NCBI RefSeq assembly: GCF_031769215.1
Contig: NW_026782030.1
Span: forward strand, 1-64,000
Reading direction: 5' to 3'
From: Ylistrum balloti
Taxonomy: Eukaryota
DNA: 64,000 bases
Positions 20,490 through 34,400 of the stretch are shown here, one piece after another (the stretch's first letter is position 1; every line of letters begins with the position of its first letter). The notes beneath the pieces are model-generated. The model saw nothing but the letters and a program-made list of their open reading frames with translations. It was not told the origin of the DNA and did not search any database. The position numbers and the translations under genes are program-made.

Positions 20490-20730
20490 CTGTGTGAAGA
20501 GAAATGAATATGTTTGACGAATCGGAGACAAGACTTTTGACATCAGCCGGAATATGAAAGCACACTTCTATTACGATAACACGCTTCAGCTCAACACGTG
20601 TCCCTGTGGCCGGGGAGGAGACAGGGCTTAGCGAATACTTTTCACAAACTTGTCTTTCCATAAGTAGTAGAAAAATTGACATGGAAAGCGAAAGTGTAAT
20701 TATTTTTACAAACTCGCGGTCCGATGTATT
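20490..20730 (-). other. Exon-like segment with a hydrophobic stretch (orphan or pseudogene)
   Basis: Open frame VMNTSDREFVKIITLSLSMSIFLLLMERQVC...ISLHT bounded by aaacaag| and CAG|gtatgt. No family recognised. Confidence 0.2.
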
Positions 20731-22924
20731 CATTACTTGTTTAAAATACATGGGCTTAATTTATATTTCACAGTTAACTTATTGGCTGCCAAAGAAAATA
20801 GATAGATAAATAAGTAAATAAGTAAATGAACACAGCTCAAATTAAGGTAAGATGAACAATAACTTTATGGTTATTTTTCAGGTCATGTATGAAACTTAAA
20901 GTGACTACTTACACAATAGGAAATATCCGGACTTCACACCTTATCAGAATGCAATAGCTAAGTTTTTCAATGATTAACTTCATTACTGAAATGGAGATGC
21001 TTGTCATTACCCTATTGTGTGCTTACAGTGTGTTAAGTCCAACTCCAGTCATACCTCTCTCGAGAGATGTAGAACTTCCATTTCTAATGCCAATATCAAA
21101 CAGACTGTACAGACATCCATACAATCAATTACTGAAGGCTTGAATCTAATTAGTGGACAACTATTGCAACCAGAACATGTCTTTCCTTCCTCACCCCCCA
21201 ATATCCGTCTTTCATTCATATTTTCTTTCATCGTCTTTTCTTTCCCTTTCTGGTATTTTGTATCGATATTACTACAGACTTTTGTTTATTGTAATATTGG
21301 GATAAGCCAGGAAACTTTCAGAACTTGTGCCCTATCCATTTGATTATTTGTTTTTACTAAAATAAATTCTAATTAAATGATATGGTGTTACCAAATCAAA
21401 TTCTAGCTCGGCCTAAACCCTAAATGTAATCAAGAGCAAATATTTAAAAACAAATTTTTTAAAACTGTATATGAGGGATTATTACTGTTGGTCTTTAAAA
21501 TAGTTACTTTGAACGTATAAATATATATATTTGAATTCTATAATTAAATATAAATCATATTTATATGATCCATCTTTTAAGTGTAATATATGCTTTAGTG
21601 AATTTATCGATCTGTACTGATTGACCGCGTGTACAAAGGTCGATAACTCTGTCTTCCCTGTAGCTATATTTCAAGTTCGTTATTACCTTACGTTAATTAA
21701 ACCATCTGATACAGAAAAGTAACAACGTAAATTTTATAACAGTATACAAACACGTGATTACAGACATCATACAGACCCGATGAGAGCAAGCTTTTGGCTC
21801 AATTGATCTCTTAAAACGTAAGCAACCTAAACGCATATTTAAACAGTTTTGTAATTTCTATTGTGATTTTACATTAAATAGAGCAATTATTTAAAAAATA
21901 CTAGGATTTTTCTGTAATAGTATATTTTTTTCAAAAAATTCTTTCTCATGTCCGTGTAACAAGGACATTTCAATATGAAATGAAACTCATCTTCTGTATC
22001 AACTAAATTACTTAATTGTTTGTTTAGATCTCTTACACATTCGTGATAGTTTGTAATATATCTGGCCGAGACATTAGAAGCACAAAGGAATTAACAAACA
22101 TCACAGTCTAAATAAACAATACACCTGGAACAATACGAACACCTGTTTTATAAATAACATTACACTAGTCCCAACATTTACTGTTCCCATTTAGTTAGAT
22201 TTGTCGAATTTTCACGGTCGACTAGCCAAATACAAAATTATTTAAAAGAACTACAATTTGAAATTGATATTGATAAGTTTCAATTATACCTATTTTTGTG
22301 ATTTAAACGGGTAGATTTTTCTATATTTGGTTTCTAAACAGTTTAGAATTGCTTATAATACATTAAAATATATGTTTCCTTATAAATGCCCTTTATAATC
22401 ATGCAACGACTTTGAGCCTCAAATAGAAACAAAGATTTCTATTATAATTGATACATAACCGACAACCGTCCGTTGGTAAATGATATTCTGTATCTGTATT
22501 AACTTTTATAATGAAATACAATAAATATACAAAGCAAATTATTTGAATAGAGCTACCTGCTATTTATTACGGAATGAGCCCTTTATTCCGTTTAATATCA
22601 ATTAATGATACTGAATGTCATATGTAAAACTCTGTTATTATAATTACAAAGAAGCAAAAGCAATGATTTTAATTAATATTGATACAAATACACAACAGTT
22701 CATTGAAGAAATTCGTGTCAAAATGCAACATTCACCTAGCGGTATCATATCATTGAATGAGCTTATAGGTTAAAGGTCATTGTATGATAAATTTGTTAAA
22801 TGGGATAAGTTGTAAGTATACAATATCTTTCGAATATAATATATCAGCACATATAGTGCATTCTCACAAAGATAACAAATTCAAATTGCACTAAATGAAA
22901 AGATTAATATATGCAATGTGAAGG

Positions 22925-23570
22925 CAAGAGGCCCATAAGCCCGGTATCTACATTAGAGGAAAGATGTTTTAAAGATTTATATTTTTTTTTCTATGAGGCA
23001 CATTCCCGTGCACCGTTACAAAACTTTGTTCCTTTCACTCAAGGTTCTTACAGATCAAATTTAGACAAAATTAAATCATTGCTTCAGTATTATAAGAATG
23101 TTTAAGGATTTGCAATGTTTTCAATGTTGGGACTCATCTCTCATGCACCAAGGGCCGAAACCCACTTTTTATACAAATTGAACTTTTCTACTCTTGGATG
23201 CTTAAGACTAAATTTGAAAAAATCTCATTCCTGTGATTTTAAAGTATTTGCTCTATTTCCTCCTTTGGAGTCAACCCCTCCGCCCCAGGGGACCAAATCC
23301 GTCGTTTATGAAAACTGATTTCCCTTTACCTAATGTTGCTTTAGATCAAATTGGGACAGAATCTCGAATTTGTAAGGAAAAGGGACTTAAAATAGTTGAC
23401 CAAAGTTCCCATAGTAGACCCCGCCCCCAATAGGGCCAAAACCCACCATCTTTACAAAATTGGATATCCTATCCCAGGGATGCTTCTGACCAAATTTTGT
23501 CAAATTCATCACTAGTAACGATTTGTTGGAAAAGCTGACAGACTCACTTAGCTGAAGGACGAGATATACC
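22925..23570. mobile_element. Decayed Helentron-associated non-autonomous element (HINE-like) with internal subrepeats
   Basis: Starts caagaggcccat; internal degenerate repeats (gggcc..aaaccca..tttacaaa...atgctt...caaattt); ends gactcacttagctga. Resembles abundant bivalve HINE repeats (recall, not searched). Confidence 0.45.
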
Positions 23571-26418
23571 AAAAGAAAAGAAAATCCAACAGATCTAAAA
23601 ATTAATCACGAGAATAAATACAAAACAAAACAGAAACCGACCAAACACCTTCAGCATATCAAAAACGACAGATACGAGAGACAGGGTATCATCAAAACCA
23701 GTGCTGATTTGGATAACAAGTCAAATGGTTCCGAAATAAAAATTACTAACTGCAATCAAGCATGCTTTTCATATTTCCATTATCGTGTTCTTATCGAAGA
23801 TGGCAGTGCTTTAATTTGAAGTGAGGTATGGCCGAATGTGATACAAATGGACACTTTTTAAATTACGTATTTAGCATTCAGATGGTTATGGAACTTGATA
23901 ACGTTTGTTTTAAAATATCTGATAGCATTCTAAATAAAATTTATTTTAAATTTAGCATACAGAAACGTAAGATAAATTATACGGTTGAATTTGATTTCCA
24001 ACACAACAATGAATACAACGCGTGGCCCCATGTCGTAAATAGGGTTTTAAAGCTAATATTTAGGTCTTAAAAGATGTTGCCCGGTTTTCCCTCGAAATAA
24101 CCATGCTTAATGTGTAATAAATGTGTATTTTGCTACCATCTTCATTTTCCACATTTATATGATTTCATTGTTTGACATTAATGTTGCAGCGATGTCGTGA
24201 CTAATTGATCTACTTTCTTATCAGCATTACCATTACATTGCTACTGAATCTTTTACCATCTTACTATTGACTGTCACAAAAACAACAAGAAAATATCAAC
24301 ATGTCAACATACTCATAATCCAAATTCAAGTAAAACACATTCTCGATACTCCAGGGGTTACGATACGTTAATTGGTTCCTGGAGAACAAATTAACCAATC
24401 ATAGGCATATACAATCCTTTTGAAGATTACAACGAAGCTACAATCAACTACAATATACCGTTATGCGACCTCGAGATTCGTTTTTTATGTACTTCAAAGG
24501 ATCAAACTAGTCTATTCGTTTTGTCCACAAGGTGTTGCACATGGAATCTCTAATTATACCATGACGTATTCTAGAGGTGTAGAGAACGAAATTGATTGTA
24601 ATCCCTGGAGTTATCGAGGATGAATAAAACTATAGCAAAATATATACAAAAGAAAGATGTACATGAATACTTATTAAAAAAATACAAAAAGACCAACATT
24701 ATCAATTCAATTAACTTCATGAAGATGTTAGTAACTTTACTTATTGATAAGATACAAACATATGCAATATTCAGTTTATATCACACGCTTTTCCAATAAC
24801 GGAGTTTCGACATAAACATATCACAGATAGGTTGTTACAGTTGTGTTACAAGGTACAAGGATGTCTTTATGGCGTTCGTTCCACTTAAAACATTTACTCG
24901 CGATAACTATCTTCAGCCATCTGAGGCGTGAAATTCTCCATAATCATATATGGGATTTGTTGTACTTTAACAGTAATTAGGAATCTAGAAGCTTTATCCC
25001 TGTATGAAATAGTCGTGTGGATAATGTTGAAATGTTAAATGCTGGAACTTCTTTCGAAAAATGTTGGTCAGGTGTTTTTAAACTGACCGCACTTCCTTTG
25101 ACGATCAGACAAGAGGTTTACAGTTGTCAGCATTATTGCCAAGGTAAGGCTTGATAATTACTCTTGTAAGGTAGAGCGGTACATGAACGCTGGTGTTCAA
25201 ATACACAGTAAACACTTTATGCGACAACATTTCAATTGCTTAACATCTACTTAACGTTAAGGCATCGTTGTTAAAGGGACCTTATACAGTGTATCATAGG
25301 CAATAATATAATATGTTTACAAGTTGTATGCGGAATAAGCTAGCAAGATCATGCTTATATATATAATAGTCTCAGTTAATAAATAGTGGTGATAAGTAAC
25401 AATTACACAGGTATATACAAGGTTATTGTTAAACAAAAGTGGTCAAAACTGACATGTAAATATTAAGAAAACCAAAGAGATAACAAAATCAAAGGACAGG
25501 ACATCATGAACTTCATTTTTTCTGGCTATATATTGAGCTTTATGTTATTTACGAACAAAATTTATTCTGAATCATAAATACTCTTTTCGCTAGAATTATG
25601 TTAATAACTTTGGTTGTGTTATTGTTGAATATCAAATGCATACATAGCTTTGTTGATTGGTGATAAGGATTTTTATTTCTCCTTTTGTCTTTCGTTGAAA
25701 TAACTAACGTCAGGCATCGCAAGGGAGATAATCAATCAAATCTAAGTAATACCACCAGGGATAATAACACAAGTAAACTAGCGTTCATAATTAGCGTTTA
25801 TTCCACATGACGTGATTTTAATTTGGGAATGTCAAATGTCATACTTCAACTCCTATTCAAATGTGAATTTATTTAAATTATATTTCTGGTACCAACTTTT
25901 GCTCACTACAAGGCGAATTGCTTCTTCCTGACACTTTGACATTCTATTTGTAATAACGACAAAAGGAACATTTCATTGTTATTCGGAATTTAATACAAAA
26001 ATCCATCAATCATTTCGTACGTTTTACTGTCAATTGTTCGAGTAAGTTTAGTTTAGTTTAGACCTATTACCCATGTACTTTAACAGCAAAATCCGAAAAT
26101 TCCTGCCTGTGGGTTTACTTTTTTTTTAAATGTAAAGCTCTATTACTGTTTGGAGACACCAAAGGTCTTTGCAGTGTATATCTTATCATGTTTACTCCAG
26201 ACTGATCAGATAACAATTTAGTTTGGATAATTATTTTAATTATAATCAAATTCGTGCATATTATTATTTCTTAGCATTTCAGGAATTTGTGACATGGAAA
26301 TGATAATGTAAGCACTTTTCTAACAAAAGGGCGTACCCTTGATAATCATGTGGTTTGTGATGCATATCTAGCCGTCCGCCATTGAATGTGGCTGTAACTA
26401 CACTGTCTGTCCCCACTT

Positions 26419-26451
<33 letters not shown>
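26419..26451. repeat. (ATC)11 microsatellite
   Basis: Direct reading. Confidence 0.95.
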
Positions 26452-26452
<1 letters not shown>

Positions 26453-27379
26453 CGGTCCACTGTTTTCAATTCTTAACTCGTCTTATATTTGTATAAATGT
26501 GTCAACTTCATTTGTAGATTTTCATCTTGCCCCAGATCGTGTTAGGTCATTCGAAAGTTAAGACTTGTAAATACGAGTTCTGTGGAATTAAGAGGATGAA
26601 CAGTCTTCAGGAGTGCTGTGTTAATAGTGGCACGGCTAAAAATATACACTTGTATTTGACATCGTTCTAAAATTATAAGATACATGAAAATTACGAAATT
26701 CATATAAATTTTTTTGATTGCAATGTATACATTGTACAAATGAAAGGAATTGATAATATCACTGAATATTTATTAATTCCCGAATGTACAAATAATCAAT
26801 CAATAATTAAGTTCTTTGTTATGTAATGAATATTTCTTCTATGGATGTAAAAATTTTTCAATGTTTAAATCATCACCGTTTCGGTTGTATGATAAAACAT
26901 GTACTTTACCTTTGACATAATGTTTTATTTAGTCAATATTTTATTGGCTATCCCGCGAATGACGTCATGTTATATATATAAAGAATTCAATGACAACATA
27001 TTTATGACACCAATCCTAATAAATATCACGTTCTTGGCACGTAGAACGTTTGAAATGTTCAAAAGTCATCAGTACTGAATGAGTCATTCAACAGCTGAGC
27101 ACGACTTTTTTTAACTGTGAGTTTAATAAAACCTTCTTCAGAAATTAACGTTTTTGTCACAAAAGTCAGTGGACAGTATAAAAAATATATCGATCGATTT
27201 CAATTCGAATAGAAGATGTTTATAATGTAAAATTGAAAGAAAAGCCACCTTGATATTATACTTGTAGGATCAGTATGATAAACATAGCAAACTGGAATAA
27301 TGGTGTCTGTCAGTTCCAGTCAATTATGTTAAATAATTTGCATTATATAACGCATGTCACTTTCACTAACCATAATCCA

Positions 27380-27830
27380 TTGGATATAAGAACAAGCTTT
27401 ACAGTGTATATTTCTAATGTCATCAAGTACTTATGCGATTTATTTTATTGTAACCAGCATACATATTATATCCAGTCTCTGGATCCTTTTGACATCGCGC
27501 TAGGTAAAAGCAGACAATATCATCGCGTCTAGGAAATTAAAGAGACTAAAGACCCTTCTACAACAGCCGCGCACATATATCTTTTCCATCCACGAACACA
27601 ACAGAGGCAGCTTCCTCCTAAGCGGTATGATAAGAGTGATGATTTCAATTCCCTGATTGTGAATTTTCCATTATAAGATAGTAATCTACCTGTTTCCCAA
27701 ACTCGAGGTGTAAACATTCGCAGTTGATTCGATCTTCATTATTTTCGGTAGACGCAAGTTGAGAAAGATTGTGGAAAATTTAAAATCACTACGCTGATCA
27801 TAAATATGTTGTTATCTTATGTTATATTCA
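27380..27830 (+). mobile_element. Decayed Penelope-like element RT fragment
   Basis: 27542-27735 reads ETKDPSTTAAHIYL...KRYDKSDDFNSLIVNFPL*DSNLPVSQTRGVNI/SQLIR, matching the recalled PLE RT motif LYDKRDDFNFxIVNFP..SNIP...YGVYISQLIR. Contains a stop and a frameshift. Confidence 0.65.
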
Positions 27831-28319
27831 TGTGTTCGATGTTCCTAGGTATGACATATGGTTTGGTTGATAAACTTTATTTCATTTGCGAACGTAACAT
27901 TATATACTGCAAATCATCAGTTTGTCATTAGGATCGGACAGGTTGTATCCATGCTGTTGACACATTAGACTCTTTCAGGGAGGCGGTATTTGTACATGAA
28001 CAATTGTCGTTTGTATTTTTGCGATTTCCGGAGTGTCCTGTTGGTGTTGATTTTGATGCTACTGCCAAACCTGTGGCTCATACAAACGATACATTGATGC
28101 ATCAACAACGACCCTGTGCAATCTGCATCTATACCGGCTGACAAATCAGTCTACATTTTATCATATTTTGTTGCCATTTTTGCAGTTCTGATGTATCATT
28201 TGTAATGATAATGTAAGCAATACGATATAATATTAAACGTAGATATAGTTTAAGGATGAACGGCCATTATACTGTAACTCCACAACAAACTATTACAGTT
28301 TTTAGTGTAAGCATGAACA

Positions 28320-28420
28320 TTAAGTATAGCATTGGAGAAGACTTCTCTAACAAGAGAATTGTCCCGACACAACTTCTCCTAGATAAAGGTCACCAGCCGG
28401 AACAGTTTTAAAATTCCCTG
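28320..28420 (+). mobile_element. Second Penelope-like RT fragment
   Basis: SIGEDFSNKRIVPTQLLLDKGHQPEQF*NSL resembles the motif downstream of SQLIR (EDF..R...T.KLL.QG). Confidence 0.3.
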
Positions 28421-31400
28421 GTAATAATGTAATGTTTTGCCTATTTAGTAGTCAATACGTCCTAAGCGGTAACCTGGCTGATTATAAACATATAGAGTCA
28501 GGGGTCCTATAACTACCCTCATATCAAGAAAAAAAGTGGAAGATCATGATTTGTCAGGATGAAAATCGTGGATATGGCCTTTTTTCAATGGATTTGTTTA
28601 TGAAGTGCGTCACTAGCACCTATGCAATTATTAAATATCTTATAGGTATGTAACGTATAAATAGATCTGATTTTGTAGAAGTGTGGTCAGAACTGGAACT
28701 TTGCCGATGGTTTGGATTTAAATGACCTATACATAAGGTATCACTTTCCCATATATTTACATTGTCCATCTGCCAACGCTGTATTTTTCTGATAAACTTG
28801 TAAATGCATTGAAAAACACGTAACAAATATGTTAACTGAACCTCAAATTCGATCAAAACTAAACCAAAACATGCATATAGGAAATATTTTCACGTGATGA
28901 ACCTTGGAAAGAGAACATGGGAAATAATACCATGTGTTCTGGAAGAGTATTCGTCTTCTACTGCATCGGCGACACTCGCAATGAACATCTTGGTTTATCC
29001 AAGTAAGTCATGTTACATTGCCAAATGAAAACGACTTAACAATTAGGCATTTTATCATTGATTGTAAGTGAAAGGTTTGTACACAATAGGTTTTGTTACG
29101 GAACTGTAATAAATGACGGAGTATTTGTGTATTGGAAGTATAGTGGGATGTTTGCAGAAACTGGAAATGAAGCATAAAGCATAGCAACATTGGTATAGAG
29201 GCTTAGATGCTCCACAAATGCCAAGAATCATGTGATACCATAATAAAAAGCTTATTAAATTGTTTCTTTTGTTCACCGGTCAATTAATATTTTGCCAACA
29301 TTTCGACCTCTTTACTTCATAATCTAACGTTGGTATTAACCGATTGTGACTTGATAAGCAAATGTCAATTAGAGTACCCAGGCAAAATATGGAAATCCGC
29401 CATGGGGCAAGTATGTTACTCTAATGCAGAGGTTTGAGAAAATAGTATTTAGATTGTCTTAAAAGAGTTATTGATATGGATGAACGGTGTGATGATTACC
29501 ATAAAATTAAACCATTGCATATTGAAACCAATGGCAACATATAAACCTGTATGTAAAAGTCTTATGATTGAAGCCAACATTTACTTCTTATTAGAAATTT
29601 ATATTTGAATTGCTTATGACAAATAGGAATTTTGCCCATGACGGGATAAGCGTAATGAAGTCTCTAGTGTACTTACGTTATGATTTATGTACAGAGGTAG
29701 GTAAAGAAATGTCTAGACAATGTATACGAATCTAGCTAAGACTTTTGGGGTGAGCAAGTATGGAAGATCCTCGGTCCTATTACCATAAACGATGTGAAGC
29801 TGTAAATTTTACTAAGTGATGAAAGGTAACTTGCCAGCAACACTGTTGTGATAATGAGAAACCTGCTTATGTTGTTGACGACACTACCCTTGCTATGATG
29901 AGTCATTTAAAATAAAACATTCGGGATTTCTTCACAAGATTTATGTGAAACATTTACATAAGTAAATTATGATAATATAACTCCTGTCATGTATTGAGAT
30001 GTCGATTCCTCGTTCATCACAAAAGAGGTATCCAACTTTTTGATATAATGATTTACATTTTAACTGAAACACGATACACTTTGACAAAGGGTAGTGTGTA
30101 TATCAGCTTACTAGTCCTTTCAACATACTTTTTGTGATTTTTAAAACAATTTGTAAATTCATTTCATAACTGATGGTTACCAAGAACAATATAAGATTGG
30201 AATGTATTATTATTTAAATAAGCCCATTACCGTTTAAACCTATGACGAATTTATTATTCCTTATACGTAAGCCGTCAATGTTAAATATGATCCCTGCTGT
30301 TTTCTAGTGTCTAGTGTCTTTTATCAGACATCGATAATGTGATTTATCGTCCTTGTTTAGACTTGAATTATAATCTTTGTTGTGTTGATATCAAACAGAC
30401 GCGGACAACTACCCACTTACTGTTTGATGTACGAGATTAAAAAAAGTACATAGATACAAGGTAAACTGCAATTTGAAACGAGAAAACATTTTGAAAACTG
30501 TAAAACAGCTATGCAATCAATTACGTTTTGTATTTTAAACTGAACATAAGACACTTTTAATTGTTACGATAGTTAGCTATATTGTCTCATCATATTTTGA
30601 TTAAGATAATTATTTATCAAAGCTTTACCAGGTACAGTGGTTAATTCAATTGTGCAAACACAGTATCTTTTGTATCTTAATACGGAAAAGCAGAAAAATA
30701 CTGTAAGGATTGCTTTTGTCGAGAGAGTAATATTTCTGTAAAACATAGGAATGTTTTATTTCAGAATTGAATTAACAGTTATATATATATGATAAATGAA
30801 GTAATAGCAACTGTACGGACAAGATAATTGTCTAATTTTCGAGGCAACCTGACACTTTATCAAGATACAAATATTACATAAATTACTTCACATACATGGA
30901 ACATAAAACAAATACAAAGTTATAAATCTAAATCGAGAGCGGTGGGGTGTCTCGATAATTCTTCGGCCGATGGACGCCAAAGGCCCTTCTTATCATTTGA
31001 ACCACCGAAATCAAATAATGATATCATTTATTGTCAATTATGTTATGAAAAAGAAAACCTTTTTATGATATGGTACAAATGCACCAATAAAATGGATACA
31101 AATGGTAACTTATACCTTTAATTTCAAGTCAGGGTTGAATTTGAATTTGTGCTTGCCCGTTGTATGTATTTTCAACGTACCGTTGAAACGAAAACAAATT
31201 TCATTCATAAATTGGTTCTGTATATCTTGTTGCAAAAATGATATTGCATAATTTGTTTCTGTTATTTATTATTTGTCTACACATTACAGGTGCAATATAT
31301 GATATGCCTAACATCCTATACTGTATCAACACGTGAAACGGCCACTCAAGTTTTCACAGATATATCAACTTCAAACGATTTTAATCCAAACAACCTCATG

Positions 31401-34400
31401 CGAAGCTCTGAGAAAGTGTAAACGCATGCGTCTAACGCGATCCATGAACTTTAAGAACGCATGGGGTATTTTCCTCACAGAAATCTTTTGTTTTGTACAT
31501 AATCTTTGCATCTTGGCCAAGCATTGCTTTGACCCTGATTAGACCATTGAATCACTCTCTTGAAGACGTTTGAGGTGTAGTGGTATATATGTACAACAAG
31601 TTGTAGTATTGTTTGATTACAATCTTTGCACTCTCTCACAGTTATATAATCGTCGCACAGACAATTCTTATTGATCAGGCATTGAAACATGCGAGTTGAT
31701 AACCCTATTTAAACGTAGGTCAAACGTGCTTTCTTGTGAATGAAAATCTGTTATTTGTGATTAATATCAATTCAGTGCCGGGTAGCAAGCCAATCCAACG
31801 CATGTGATGATTGAATGTTGTAATTTAACCAAATCGGCACTTTAAATTAGCCAAAGGCCCTCTTTATCGAATAAAATCAACGAAACTTATAAAAAAGAGA
31901 TATCATATATATATACATATATTTGTTTGTAAGTAAGTTTGCCTTTATAGACAAACACAACGTTTCATTAGCCAATCGGCATTTAGAACTAATTTATGTA
32001 GAGTTGAGTTATTGTTAAGTATATACCAACAGCAATATATCACGTCTTAACAAGATTAATGGAGCACAATTACAAAGAAAAAGGTTCCGACTAAGCACTC
32101 TCATTAAACACCTGGTCTTTGCGCTACTGGTTTACACGGAGGAGAAAGTTTTACACGCGAGTGATTTGAGATGTAATAAACACTTACGACAGAGTTTAAC
32201 ATAACGAAGGTCAGGTCAAGTCACATCCGCTCAAAACTTTTCGTGAACAATCATTTTCGATATATCTATTACTTATCATGCTTGTATATAAACTCATTCT
32301 TTATCAGCTGACTTGTCATGTGTGAAAGTCGTCATTTTTTCTCTTTGAATTTGCTGATTTGTCAAATTCACATAGTAGCTGTTTGATTTTCAGTTAATGT
32401 TAATACAAAGAAGTGCCAATGTTGTCATCCTAATTACTCTTTAAATCTTTATATCTTAATTATGAAATCTAGTAGTGATAACGACGTCGTGAAGGATTGT
32501 ATAGTCATGTTCATCAAGGAACTGGTAAACGCTGAAAATGTCCCCAATACATTATATAATGTCGATGACAAGAAATCTAAATTTTGTTTGTTTATTTGTT
32601 TTTTTTTTTTTTTTTTTTATTTTGATAGAGATTTTCTTTCGCATTTTGTTTCCTTTTTACCGAACTAAAGAACAAATGGCCAACGATTTGGAAAGCTTCG
32701 GTGAAATTAAGCATGACATAGAAATCAGGAACCACGTTAAATAGTTAATTTCTGTTTTATTTAGATGCAGTGGTAACCTTTCAATTTTATCATTGCACAG
32801 CAATAATATAGTATAACTAATTCAAAGTCAGTTGTGTATAAATTTAGAGTTTATGATTTTCCAGTGGCATAGGATAATAGCACACAATGAAAACATAATG
32901 GAAACCAGCCGCTTTTTCTCCTTAAAAAGTTTAAAATGTTAAAAATAATAAACATAAACCTAGAACTGTTTTTGCTTAACGTTTCTATGAGTGTCAGTTT
33001 CCTAAAGACAAAATCACCATTTGCTCTTACCCAGTAGGCATTCATATCGGTCATGAATTTAAACTGCTATATCATTAACCTGACCTTGACCGCTATGTGA
33101 CGTTCTCCAGTAAAAAGAAAAAAAGAGCTAGTCTAAAATGCTACAATTTGATGACATCATAAACATGTGGACGTCATGAATGTACAGGGTAGATAATTCC
33201 CATACAAAATTACGACACGTAAGAGGAAGGAATAATAATGATATCATTTTGTAGATCTTGTTCATTTATCCATGCATTGGTTGTACGTTTCATAACATAA
33301 TACATTTTTATTAACCTTTACATGAATAAGACGGTATCTTGAATCTATTTCAGAAGACGTCCTTTACTGATAAATATATAAACATTAATCTTGTCAACAG
33401 GTTTCGGTGGCATTCATAATGTAATAATTGCAACTTGATTTTAATGAGACGACAGATGTGTTTATAATTATGAAAAAACGTGTAATTGAGACAAAATCTG
33501 ATAGTGTATGAAACGAAAATTATACTCCGATAACGGTTAGATACAAAATCATGCTATTCAAGAATCAATAATGTTTGACAACAATGTATTCAAACGTTCA
33601 GTGAAAGATTGTTTGGGTGTCACCTGTTGACATGAGGTCACTAGGTTGTATATCACTACATTAAGCTTTGTTTGACTAAACCGATGACCGACACAAATCC
33701 CACGCCATAGCTTGACAACAGCCTTTGAAATCTAATCTCACTGTAAGTAATGATTTAGAAAGTGTATTTATCATTATCGTATCTCGGCCAATCGTAATTG
33801 TTGAAATATCTTTAGACATTTTTATTGTATCTATAGTATGAATTGCAAATATTATTATGTCATCAGGATATCGGAATTAGTATTGCATCTTAAGAATGAT
33901 AAATTATTGACAATCATAAGAAAATCATAATTATTGTTACCTTGTCGACAATGGTGAACAAAATGCATATTGACAGTTATACACGTATGCATATTACGTT
34001 TATCAATATACATCCGGAAAATGTAATTGACAAGCCAAGGGACAACGGAATCATTATTTGTGTTATTATGATATGTATATAATGGGACTTTTTAAAGCTG
34101 TGCAAGAAAGAGAAGAGAATATGCTCGCATGGTGTAAAAAAGCGACCACGTATAAGACACCACTTACAGATCGGGGGTGTTTTCTCCGGTGTCCTCGGTT
34201 CAGATGACATGGAAGAGCCCTTAAATAGCGTTGCATTCTATTGTATGGAGCTCTGCAAGTACAGTATGCGAGTTCTACATGGTGTCCCTTTTGCGACTTC
34301 CTCTTTTTAAACGTTTTCTATCCCATGACACTTCACCTGTGAGTAAGGCTTCTGGACAAGAAATCTTTTATAAAAACAACAAGAAAATACCAAAGAGGAG

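Noticed and set aside
29300-29900. Very decayed LINE-like coding traces
   Set aside because: Only faint motif resemblance with many stops; not supportable by eye.
31475-31690. B-box-like CKDCNQTI motif on the minus strand
   Set aside because: Needs a frameshift and lacks the other ligands and any exon context.
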